Source: Gammaproteobacteria bacterium
GTDB taxonomy: Bacteria > Pseudomonadota > Gammaproteobacteria > Natronospirales > REEB76
Assembly: GCA_027315405.1 (NCBI GenBank)
Contig: DAHUYB010000077.1
Location: 24,286 to 88,285 of the forward strand
Direction of reading: 5' to 3'
DNA length: 64,000 nt
Each line of letters begins with the position of its first letter. Position 1 is the first letter of the stretch. The position numbers and the translations under genes were made by a program. Shown here piece after piece: positions 13,825-22,496 of the stretch. The notes beneath the pieces are model-generated. The model was not told where the DNA came from. It searched no databases and saw only the letters and a list, made by a program, of their open reading frames with translations.

Positions 13825-14000
13825 AAGCTTCCGGGTGTTGGGGAAGACACCCGGCTGGCCCCGAAAGGGAGAGATAGGGCCAGTTCAGCGCACCGGGGAG
13901 GTGTGCCGCGGGGACCCGTTGGCCGAGTATCCGGGTAGAAGAAAATCGGCATTACCGAGAACTTAAGCCTGGCGGGTCAGGACTGTTCAGAGCACGTATT
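13781..14000 (-). ncRNA. candidate structured small RNA (family unassigned; strand not certain)
   Basis: Four consecutive hairpins at 13788..13824, 13831..13854, 13855..13883 and 13888..13906. A terminator sits at the minus-strand 3' end. A minus-strand sigma70-like promoter has TTGCAA at 14030..14035, a 17-nt spacer and TAGTCT at 14007..14012. The only ORF here (71 aa, Pro/Arg-rich) is not credible. Confidence 0.35.
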
Positions 14001-14170
14001 GGGGTTAGACTAGACCGTCCAGTCTATTTTTGCAAGTGCTATTAAGGAAGCCAACGGCGCTTGTATTGTAATGACTTGAGGTCATCTAGATGCAGTGATG
14101 AGTTGGCAACCGCCTACTTTTTGAAAGACTGGTACTTGTCCGCCCCCCGCAAACTAGTTAGTCTGCCCCC

Positions 14171-14704
14171 ATGTACAAAGCCGTATTTCTGATCTTATTG
14201 GCCCTAGGTCTTGGTTCTGGTTTGGCCCAGGCCGACGCCGTTTACAAATGGGTGGATGCTCAGGGCAATGTGCATTACACGGATCACCCGCGCCCGGGTG
14301 CCGAAAAGGTGCAATTGCCAAAGACCCAGACTTACAGGCCACCCTCCATCACGGAGGCGCCAACACCCGTACCGGACACTTCCACCGCAACCCCCACAAC
14401 GGGCTACAAACAATTCACGATTGCCTCTCCGGCGAGCCAGGCGAATCTCTGGTACGTCCATGAGGTCCAGGTTGCAGTAAGCCTGTCTCCCGCATTGCGC
14501 TCCGGCGATACCCTTACCTATCAGCTGGATGGCCAGAGTATCGGCCCAACCACGCAGAGCAGCGTTACTTTCAAGGACATTGCGCGGGGTGCACACACGG
14601 CTTCAGTCACCCTGAACAGTGCTAATGGCGCTACCTTGTCAGCCGGCCCCGTCACCTTCTTCGTCCATCAAAAGACCATCTTAGGTCCGAAACCGCCCCG
14701 ATAA
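14171..14704 (+). CDS. DUF4124 domain-containing secreted protein
   Basis: Signal peptide (MYKAVFLILLALGLGSGLAQA) followed by VYKWVDAQGNVHYTDHP, the DUF4124 signature. Directly upstream of ntrB. Confidence 0.7.
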   Translation: MYKAVFLILLALGLGSGLAQADAVYKWVDAQGNVHYTDHPRPGAEKVQLPKTQTYRPPSITEAPTPVPDTSTATPTTGYKQFTIASPASQANLWYVHEVQVAVSLSPALRSGDTLTYQLDGQSIGPTTQSSVTFKDIARGAHTASVTLNSANGATLSAGPVTFFVHQKTILGPKPPR

Positions 14705-14721
14705 AGAGCAGTTGCACTATA

Positions 14722-15825
14722 ATGGTGCAAATGCCAGATTTAGAGCTTTCAAGTTTTTTTGCTTTTTTACTGGAAAGTCAGACCACGGGCCTACTCTGGC
14801 TAGATGCAGCGTTCCGTCTGCGCTATCTGAACCCAGCCGCAGAGACCCTCCTGGATCTGGAGGGTAAGCGCTGCATCGGCTCGGTCCTGACCAGCAATCT
14901 GCCTGAAGCCGCCGATCTCAAATCTATTCTGCAGCGGGTGCTGGATACCCGGGAAACCGTCACCCAGCGAGAGTTGGGCTTGGTCGTCGGCGTTGCCGAC
15001 GCACGCCATACCGTTACCGCAGACTGCACTGTCAGTCCCATGGTAGACAAGCAAGGTGATGTCAAACTGTTGGTAGAACTGATTCCCCAAGACCGGCATC
15101 TGCGTATCAGCCGCGAGGCGGCCCTCAGCGCCCAGAGCGCAGCCAATCGCTCCTTGGCTCTAAAGTTGGCTCATGAAATCAAAAATCCTCTGGGCGGCCT
15201 GCGGGGAGCAGCTCAGTTGTTGGCACGCCGGTTGGACGGCCCGGGGCTTCTGGAGTACACCCGGGTCATCGTCAGTGAAGCGGATCGTTTGACGGCGCTG
15301 GTGGATTCCCTGCTCGGACCGCCTCCAGCACTCAGGCGCGTGGAGACCAACATCCACGAATTACTTGAACATGTGGCGCAGCTTTTGCAAGCCGCTGCAC
15401 CCGGCAGGTTCAAAATCAATCGCGACTACGATCCCAGTCTGCCGACATTGCGGCTGGATCGAAACCAAATCATTCAGGCCCTGCTCAATCTCGCCAAAAA
15501 CGCCTGTGAAGCACTGGGCGAGCGCGGTGTCATTGTTTTCAGGAGTCGTGCTTTGCGGCAGTTTACCCTCCATGGCATCCGTCATCGGCTGGTAATTTGT
15601 GTGGAGATTGAAGATAACGGTCCCGGCATCCCGCCGGAATTAGCGTTGCAGCTGTTCAGTCCGCTGGTGAGTAGTAAACCCAATGGTGCTGGTCTTGGCC
15701 TCAGTATCGCTCAGGAACTGGTTAGTCGTCATGGCGGACTCATCGAATGTGCGAGCGTACCGGGGCGCACGGTCTTTTCCATCCTACTTGCCATTGAGGA
15801 CAACCATGAACATGAAAACGCATAA
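14722..15825 (+). CDS. ntrB: nitrogen regulation sensor histidine kinase NtrB
   Basis: N-terminal PAS domain, H-box LAHEIKNPLGG, and a C-terminal HATPase with DNGPGIP...GAGLGLSIA. Overlaps the ntrC start. Confidence 0.9.
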   Translation: MVQMPDLELSSFFAFLLESQTTGLLWLDAAFRLRYLNPAAETLLDLEGKRCIGSVLTSNLPEAADLKSILQRVLDTRETVTQRELGLVVGVADARHTVTADCTVSPMVDKQGDVKLLVELIPQDRHLRISREAALSAQSAANRSLALKLAHEIKNPLGGLRGAAQLLARRLDGPGLLEYTRVIVSEADRLTALVDSLLGPPPALRRVETNIHELLEHVAQLLQAAAPGRFKINRDYDPSLPTLRLDRNQIIQALLNLAKNACEALGERGVIVFRSRALRQFTLHGIRHRLVICVEIEDNGPGIPPELALQLFSPLVSSKPNGAGLGLSIAQELVSRHGGLIECASVPGRTVFSILLAIEDNHEHENA

Positions 15826-17218
15826 GGTCTGGTTGGTGGACGATGATCCCTCGCTGCGCTGGGTCATGGGCGAAGCATTACGGGAAGCCGGTCATGCACC
15901 ACGGGATTTCAGTAACACGGAAGAGGTACTGGATGCCTTGAAAGAAACCACGCCGGATGTTTTGATTACCGATATTCACCTGCCGGGCGAAGATGGCCTT
16001 CAATTATTGCGCGAATTGCGCGCTTCCTATCCGCGGTTGCCGGTAGTGGTGGTCACGGCCCATAGCGATTTGCAAACGGCGGTGGCTGCATACCAGGGTG
16101 GGGCTTTCGAGTACCTTCCAAAACCCTTCGATGTGGATGAACTTACCGCACTTGTTTATCGGGCTTTGCAAACTGCTTCATCGCCGGATATTGCCCGTTC
16201 ACTTGGGACGCAGCCGGTGGATACCCTCATTGGAGAAGCGCCGGCGATGCAGGCGGTATTTCGTACTATTGGCCGGTTGTCCAGTACGAATTTGACGGTG
16301 CTGATCACAGGCGAATCCGGTACCGGCAAGGAACTGGTTGCCCGTGCTTTGCATCGTCACAGTCCCCGGAGCCAGCGCCCTTTCATCGCTCTCAACACCG
16401 CCGCCATTCCCGCCGAATTGTTGGAGTCGGAACTCTTCGGTCATGAACGTGGGGCCTTCACCGGCGCAAACGCGCGCCGGATTGGCCGCTTCGAACAGGC
16501 TCACGGCGGCACCTTGTTCCTGGACGAAATCGGCGATATGCCATCGGCCTTGCAAACGCGGCTGTTACGGGTGCTGGCGGAAGGTGAGTTTTACCGGGTC
16601 GGTGGCCATGAGCCGGTGAAGGTCAGCGTGCGCATCATCGCCGCTACTCATCAGAGCCTGGAAACGCAGGTACAAGCAGGCCAGTTCCGTGAGGATCTGT
16701 TTTATCGCCTGAACGTCGTGCAAGTGCATATGCCGGCGCTGCGGGAACGCCGCGACGACATTCCGCAGCTGCTGGAGCATTTCATGCAGGCGGCGGCGCG
16801 GGAACTTAATCTCGAAGCCAAGCGGCTCACGGCAGATGCCATGACGGCACTGCGGGACCGCAGCTGGCCGGGGAATGTGCGTGAACTCCGAAATGTCTGT
16901 CGCCGGCTCACATTAATGGCGACCGGCCGCATCGTACACCGCAACGATTTGGCGGAATTGTTGAATGAGAATGAAGGAGAATCATTTGCCGACGCCAACC
17001 CTGGCGATTGGCGGAGTGCGCTGCGCGCCTGGACACGGCAACAGTTGGCGGACGGCAAAACCGGTATTTTCTCCGTGGCAGCTGGAGATATGGAAAAGGT
17101 TTTAATTGAGGCCGGTCTGGAAACCAGCGACGGTCACCGTCAGCAAGCGGCCAAACTGCTCGGTATTGGCCGCAACACCCTCACACGCAAGCTGAAAAGC
17201 GCGCATTCTGATCAGTAG
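15806..17218 (+). CDS. ntrC: nitrogen regulation response regulator NtrC (sigma54 activator)
   Basis: Receiver domain (VWLVDDDPSLRWV...DIHLPGEDG), AAA+ domain (GESGTGKE, GAFTGA, ESELFGHE) and a C-terminal Fis-type HTH (AAKLLGIGRNTLTRKLK). The start was trimmed from 15683. Confidence 0.93.
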   Translation: MNMKTHKVWLVDDDPSLRWVMGEALREAGHAPRDFSNTEEVLDALKETTPDVLITDIHLPGEDGLQLLRELRASYPRLPVVVVTAHSDLQTAVAAYQGGAFEYLPKPFDVDELTALVYRALQTASSPDIARSLGTQPVDTLIGEAPAMQAVFRTIGRLSSTNLTVLITGESGTGKELVARALHRHSPRSQRPFIALNTAAIPAELLESELFGHERGAFTGANARRIGRFEQAHGGTLFLDEIGDMPSALQTRLLRVLAEGEFYRVGGHEPVKVSVRIIAATHQSLETQVQAGQFREDLFYRLNVVQVHMPALRERRDDIPQLLEHFMQAAARELNLEAKRLTADAMTALRDRSWPGNVRELRNVCRRLTLMATGRIVHRNDLAELLNENEGESFADANPGDWRSALRAWTRQQLADGKTGIFSVAAGDMEKVLIEAGLETSDGHRQQAAKLLGIGRNTLTRKLKSAHSDQ

Positions 17219-17229
17219 TTGACGTATCG

Positions 17230-17694
17230 CTAAAAAGTCACGGTGGCCACGATACTATCGTCGTAGCTTCCTGGAGCAATATTCTCCAGTGCCGGAATCT
17301 GGCCATAGACGCTGATACGCACGCGATTGTTGTTGAAATTTTTGCTGACCGTCTGGGTACCGCCGGTGCCGTCACCAAAGATGATCACCCGCGCGGCAGT
17401 GGTATACAGGTTGTAATCCAATTGGTCGCTGGTGGTACCACTGATCATGTAACGGGGGTTGTAGGTGCCGCTTTGGCCGGAACTGAGTGCCGCCGTGAGC
17501 GTGCCCATACCATTGCAGACGATAGTAATGCGCCCCGCGCGGTTCAATGGATTAGTGGAAAACGGGTTATAGTTGCCGAATGCGATTGGCCGAGCCGTGA
17601 TGGTGCAGGTTGCGGCTCTTAGCGTATTTGACAGGAGAAAGGCCATGCCCGCACATAGCAACAACATGATTGTAGGACGATTAAGCCGCTGCAT
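17230..17694 (-). CDS. spore coat protein U (SCPU) domain pilin-like subunit
   Basis: Signal peptide. C-terminal VYGQIPALENIAPGSYDDSIVATVTF is shared with the two paralogues in the operon. Last gene of the chaperone-usher operon. Confidence 0.8.
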   Translation of the reverse strand: MQRLNRPTIMLLLCAGMAFLLSNTLRAATCTITARPIAFGNYNPFSTNPLNRAGRITIVCNGMGTLTAALSSGQSGTYNPRYMISGTTSDQLDYNLYTTAARVIIFGDGTGGTQTVSKNFNNNRVRISVYGQIPALENIAPGSYDDSIVATVTF

Positions 17695-17696
17695 GT

Positions 17697-18152
17697 TTAA
17701 AAACTCACTGTTACTGTGATCGAGTCGCTATAACTACCTGGCATTACATTTTGCTGAGCGGGAATTTGTCCGTAAACATTAAACATCGTGGTGCTCTTAT
17801 TTTTGAACGTCTGGACGATATCACCCGTACTACCGATTCCATTGCCCCATACGGTGGTCAGGCTGGCTGTGGTATAAAGATTATAAGTCAGGGTATTTAT
17901 GCCAGTATTCATGGCGCGCGGAAAATAACTACCGCTGTCACCGGTGCTGAGGTCCACAGTCATAGTACCTTTACCGCGAGCGCACACGACGCTGATGAGA
18001 TTAGTCACAGTCATAATCGTGGGCGCCGCATCCATCGGATCGTAATTGCCGAAATTAAAAGTATTGGTAGCTACGGCGCAGGTCGCCGCATGTGCAATGC
18101 AGGGCGTGAGCGATGCAATACTTACTATGCCCAGAATGCAAAGACCACACAT
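17697..18152 (-). CDS. spore coat protein U (SCPU) domain pilin-like subunit
   Basis: From ATG 18152 the product starts MCGLCILGIVSIASL, a signal peptide. The C-terminus is VYGQIPAQQNVMPGSYSDSITVTVSF. The start abuts the usher stop codon. Confidence 0.75.
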   Translation of the reverse strand: MCGLCILGIVSIASLTPCIAHAATCAVATNTFNFGNYDPMDAAPTIMTVTNLISVVCARGKGTMTVDLSTGDSGSYFPRAMNTGINTLTYNLYTTASLTTVWGNGIGSTGDIVQTFKNKSTTMFNVYGQIPAQQNVMPGSYSDSITVTVSF

Positions 18153-20752
18153 CACAAATTTACTCCTTTGCAGATATATGTACCCAAATCCGGTAGTGGA
18201 TCTTTGGATTCGGGCATGTTCACGCTCAATTCGCAACCCTGATGATCCCAGCTTGCGCGCAGTGAGTTATGCGCCGCAAGCCCGGTGATATATACCTCGC
18301 CATCGAACCCAACGGGGAAGGTCTGCTGCTGTCCTTCAATCCGGACTATGGCGCCGGCCGGCAGCGGCTTGCCGTCTTGCAGGTTGATGGTCAGCGTCGC
18401 GCCGCGGGTGGAGGTGATCGGGAATTTCACAATCACACCGCTGTTAAAACGCGGCACAGCGTTCAGTTGGAGAGTGTTCACTTGGGCGCTGAGCGGCAGA
18501 CTGCCTGCGCCAAGACTGACGGGATTATTCTGGTAAGGCCGCATGATAGGCACCAACGCGTTGCCGTTCCTGTCGGTGGTGCCGATTGGCTGATTGTCCG
18601 CATACACCGTGACATCAGGGATCCCCGGTACCTCGACTAGGCCGAAGGCACCCTGAATCTGGCGGATCGGAAATACACCGCCACCGATGAACGCCAAGCT
18701 GCCCGCAGCTTCACCCTGGTAGGTGGTTTGGCCGTCGGCGCTGAGCGCGCCCACGCGATAGGTGCCGGCATTATTCTGGTAATCATATTCCGCCTGATTC
18801 ATGGCATCCGGACCCGCTTGGATGCCGACGTGGTAGCCACTGCCAGTACCGGCGGGCAGATTCTCCTGTACTGTGGCGAAGGCCTGATCAGTATTGTTTT
18901 GCCGCTGCACACCAACGCTTATATTGCTACGTTCCCCGAAGGGCAGCGTGAACATCAGGATCACGCCGTTATTGCTACCGCCAGTTAGGTTATGGAAGGC
19001 ATTGGCTATGAAAAAACCATTTCTCCCCACGTTCACACTGTAGCTTGCAGTTATCAAACGTGCTTGGCCGAACAGCGGGCTATCCTGATCCAGATAGGCA
19101 AGGGAAACCGAACCGCCCCCGCCCAGGAAGGCGCCGACACTCGCGGTGATCTGTTTATGGGGGGCCGGCTGGCCGTTGTATCCCAGCTCGGTGAAGTCCG
19201 GGCTTGCCAACTCGATATTGGCGCCGGCGTTGAAGACCTGCCATTGCCGCTGGTACCCGATGAGACCCAGCGCGCCGTGCCCTAGATTGCTGTGGCTCAA
19301 GGCTAGGGCGGCATTGAAGACGCCGGTATCAGGCGTGGCGTAGGTGCTGCCGACGCTCACATCCTTAAGATTGGCGGAAGTCTCAGCGCGCAGCTCACCT
19401 GTGAAATCATCTGTAAAGCCATGACGGAAAGTGCCAGTTGCGGCGGATGGGCCGTAGTCGTTGCTGTCTAGGCCATAGTTATCCCGCAACTTGCCGACGG
19501 AAAAAGAATAATCATTCAGTCCCGATTTCAATAAATCTGCGGTGGCGTAGAAGGATGACGAGATGACCTGCTCGCGGCCCAGCATATCTTGCACGACCAC
19601 TGTCGCCGTGCCCGGACCGGTGACCACGGGAACCGCGGGAATCGAGAACGGACCTGGGGGTATTTGCTGTGATTGCTTGAGTACTCCATTCACATACAAC
19701 TGCACCGTCGAGGGCAGTGCCGCCTGGCCGCTGATCACCGGCAGAGGAAAAGTGATGAAGTACGGGCGGGTGGCGAAATTGGTGCCGTACTGGAGGCCGC
19801 CCATGCGCACCGCCAGTCCGGTCATGCCGCCGTCGGTGATGCTGTCGCCGAGCTGCAGCGTGGTCATGCTGTCGGGATCGTCATGCGTCCAGGTAGTATC
19901 CAGGCGCGTCCACTGACTGTGGGCATGGTTGATGTTCTGGCCGATGAAACTGCTGGTGCCCACACCCCAGTCGTTGAATAGACCGGCTTCGAGTAAGCCA
20001 TTAATCGCCGTGAGTCCGGGGCTATGGCTGCCCAGGAAATCGTAGTTCAGAAAACCACCCCAGGGGGTATGTTGCGCCCGCGGATTTTGCCGGAAAAGTC
20101 CATCCACGATGGTGCCACTGAATTCCGCGGCCAGTGCCGTAATCCACAAGGTTTCGGTGGACGAGTCCACACGATAACTGAGGCCCGGAATTGCATCCAA
20201 GGAATAATATTTCTCACCCTGATACAGGTAGGGTTTGACTGCAGGAGGGTGCAAGCGCCAGCGCTCCAGATCGGAACCTTTGGCGTACAAGTGCTCGTCA
20301 GGGGTTGTGCCAAAACCCAGAAACATATTGGTTTCATGCCAAGGCTGCTGGTTGATGTGCACTTCCAGCAGCAGCTCGACGGGTGCGAGCGCAGTTGTCG
20401 GTAATTGTTTGGTGGACGGTGGTGTTGCGGTCCTGTGCCCAGCACTGGACACAGTTGTGGTAGTGGCTGAGGCTGTCTGCAGTGGCGCTATGCTGACAGT
20501 CGCTTGATCGCCACCCGCCTCGAATCTTTGATGCGGTGCGGAAATTGCCTTGTGCTCAAGCCGGGATCTTGAAGACGCCTTAGAACTGACGACCGCTGCC
20601 AGGGTTTTAGCCGCAGTAGTAAATGTCGGTTTCACCGTGGTTGTTATCAGAGCACGCGAGTGGCACCGGCTGAGTAGCAACAGAATAAGCAGTGCGAGTG
20701 CTGCCGATCCGGTCGCCAGCCAGCGCCCCCGGATTTTGAACGGGCTGTTCAC
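18152..20752 (-). CDS. fimbrial outer-membrane usher (PapC/CsuD-like)
   Basis: 866 aa, beta-barrel-type composition, positioned after a PapD-like chaperone. About 120 aa of Thr/Ser/Ala-rich N-terminal sequence precedes the LLLEVHINQQ usher N-domain. Confidence 0.85.
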   Translation of the reverse strand: MNSPFKIRGRWLATGSAALALLILLLLSRCHSRALITTTVKPTFTTAAKTLAAVVSSKASSRSRLEHKAISAPHQRFEAGGDQATVSIAPLQTASATTTTVSSAGHRTATPPSTKQLPTTALAPVELLLEVHINQQPWHETNMFLGFGTTPDEHLYAKGSDLERWRLHPPAVKPYLYQGEKYYSLDAIPGLSYRVDSSTETLWITALAAEFSGTIVDGLFRQNPRAQHTPWGGFLNYDFLGSHSPGLTAINGLLEAGLFNDWGVGTSSFIGQNINHAHSQWTRLDTTWTHDDPDSMTTLQLGDSITDGGMTGLAVRMGGLQYGTNFATRPYFITFPLPVISGQAALPSTVQLYVNGVLKQSQQIPPGPFSIPAVPVVTGPGTATVVVQDMLGREQVISSSFYATADLLKSGLNDYSFSVGKLRDNYGLDSNDYGPSAATGTFRHGFTDDFTGELRAETSANLKDVSVGSTYATPDTGVFNAALALSHSNLGHGALGLIGYQRQWQVFNAGANIELASPDFTELGYNGQPAPHKQITASVGAFLGGGGSVSLAYLDQDSPLFGQARLITASYSVNVGRNGFFIANAFHNLTGGSNNGVILMFTLPFGERSNISVGVQRQNNTDQAFATVQENLPAGTGSGYHVGIQAGPDAMNQAEYDYQNNAGTYRVGALSADGQTTYQGEAAGSLAFIGGGVFPIRQIQGAFGLVEVPGIPDVTVYADNQPIGTTDRNGNALVPIMRPYQNNPVSLGAGSLPLSAQVNTLQLNAVPRFNSGVIVKFPITSTRGATLTINLQDGKPLPAGAIVRIEGQQQTFPVGFDGEVYITGLAAHNSLRASWDHQGCELSVNMPESKDPLPDLGTYICKGVNL

Positions 20753-20843
20753 GGCTTAGCCCGTAGCGGCCAGAAAGCGGCCTTTGGATTGTGTGTGTTG
20801 ACAGCTTGCCGTGAATATCAAGCCCGCTATCGGCACCGCAGTG

Positions 20844-21569
20844 TTATTTTCCCGTGACCAGTTGCGCATGGAGCCTGCCCCGGTCGGTATCGGCGGTGAT
20901 TTCAAGCGGTGCGTTGACTGTCAGTGGTGATGCTAATTTCACGACCCAGGTGTGGCCTGAACCGGGCAATACATAGTTACTGGATTTCTGCGCTAATGGC
21001 CGTTTCTCATCAGAGGCTGTGAGTGTCCACTTCAGGATTTGTGCGTGTGCTGTGCCTGTATTGACTGCGCTGACTTGCAGTTCAGTGGAGCTGAGCCGTT
21101 TGGCTGACCATTTCAGTACGGGCTTGGTATGCGTCGCCGGCTCTACGAATATCGGAATCCCCACGCGCAATGCAATCTGTACGCCGCGGAACGTCGGTGT
21201 AGGTGCCGGCGGCACCTCGCTAAGAAACAGACGATAGCAGGTTTCCATTTTGGCATCCGGTTGGGTGCGCAATCCGACCCGCACTATCTGCTGACTGCCG
21301 GCAGTCACGGTGAAAATCGGCGGCGTGGCCAGGAGCTTGCGGCTAGGCGTATAGATGTCCTGGCCGTGGTCCTGGGACCACGCCACGATCTGCAGCTGCA
21401 CCACTGTCGGTGTCTCACTGCTGTTAGTCACTCTCAATACATCGGTGGAATGATCGGCGGAGAGCGTCAGACGTACGGGATTTACCTGGAAGGAAGCTGC
21501 TTCCGCCCACAGGGGCGGAAGCAGCATTAAGACCAGTATTAGAATCCGACGCATGACAACACTCTGCAC
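20844..21569 (-). CDS. periplasmic pilus chaperone (PapD/CsuC-like)
   Basis: 241 aa. Signal peptide (LMLLPPLWAEA) followed by FQVNPVRLTLSADHSTDVLRVTNSSETP, a PapD-like fold pattern. Confidence 0.85.
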   Translation of the reverse strand: MQSVVMRRILILVLMLLPPLWAEAASFQVNPVRLTLSADHSTDVLRVTNSSETPTVVQLQIVAWSQDHGQDIYTPSRKLLATPPIFTVTAGSQQIVRVGLRTQPDAKMETCYRLFLSEVPPAPTPTFRGVQIALRVGIPIFVEPATHTKPVLKWSAKRLSSTELQVSAVNTGTAHAQILKWTLTASDEKRPLAQKSSNYVLPGSGHTWVVKLASPLTVNAPLEITADTDRGRLHAQLVTGK

Positions 21570-21587
21570 GTGACACGATGCCTGTTA

Positions 21588-22112
21588 TCAGAAGTTTACT
21601 GTAACCGTGATGGTGTCAGCATAGCTGCCGGTCGGGACATTCTGTCCAGCAGGAAGCTGGCCGTAAACCGTATAGGTTTGCTGGTTGCCTACACCTGGGC
21701 CCGCGCCTGTGCCGCTGTCGCAGTTGTTACCGGCGCCACAACTGCTGTTCCAGACCAGCGTGTAACCGCTGTCGGTGTACAGGTTGTAGTTGAGGGTATC
21801 AGTACCGGCATCCTGCATGATCCGGTTGGCTGCGGTACCGCCATGAATGCCGTAATTAAGGGCGATAGTGTACGGCGTGTTCTTGGTGCAATTGACGTTG
21901 ATAGTGCTGGTACCGGTGATAGCGGCTCCGGCATTGACGTCGTAGTTGCCAAACCCCAGGGTACCTGCGGAATTGATCACGCAAGACGTTACCACTGTGG
22001 CGGTAACCTGGAAGGTGCTGGTCGTGGTGCCCGCCTGGGCCGGCACGCTGGCGATGGCTAGGGGCAGGATGGCGGCGCCGGTGATGGCGAGGGTGCGTAT
22101 AAGCTTCAACAT
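21588..22112 (-). CDS. spore coat protein U (SCPU) domain major pilin candidate (CsuA/B-like)
   Basis: First gene of the operon. Signal peptide with AQA cleavage site. The C-terminus is VYGQLPAGQNVPTGSYADTITVTVNF. Confidence 0.8.
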   Translation of the reverse strand: MLKLIRTLAITGAAILPLAIASVPAQAGTTTSTFQVTATVVTSCVINSAGTLGFGNYDVNAGAAITGTSTINVNCTKNTPYTIALNYGIHGGTAANRIMQDAGTDTLNYNLYTDSGYTLVWNSSCGAGNNCDSGTGAGPGVGNQQTYTVYGQLPAGQNVPTGSYADTITVTVNF

Positions 22113-22496
22113 GACATTTCTCCAAATGTTATTTCACAAAAACAACATGGTTACAGCGGGGCCACCCACATCCGTGTCGGGCGGCCTTGGTCCCTGCACC
22201 CTTTCGGGTATTTCCTAGACCCCTTGGGGGTTTCCCTATGAAGGTGTCTAAGAATTTCTCCTACATTCATACCCAAGCAATCCGTATGCCAATTCGCTTG
22301 ACCCAAGCATTCCAGGTTTGTTAAGCGTTTCGATACGCCCTTTCGATAGCGGAACCAACAAAAATCGTCAGTTCTTCATCAAAAATCTAGCCACAAGTGA
22401 CACATTTCGCGCACTTGATACACTCCTTTTGGAGGAACGTCAAGGAAAGTTTTGTGTGAGAGATTTTCTTAATTTACATAAAGTTAAGAATGAAAA

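Noticed and set aside
13737-13952. 71-aa minus-strand ORF in the acetyltransferase-DUF4124 spacer
   Set aside because: It has Pro/Arg/Gly-rich composition and no RBS, and it is made entirely of the hairpin arms. It is better explained as structured RNA.
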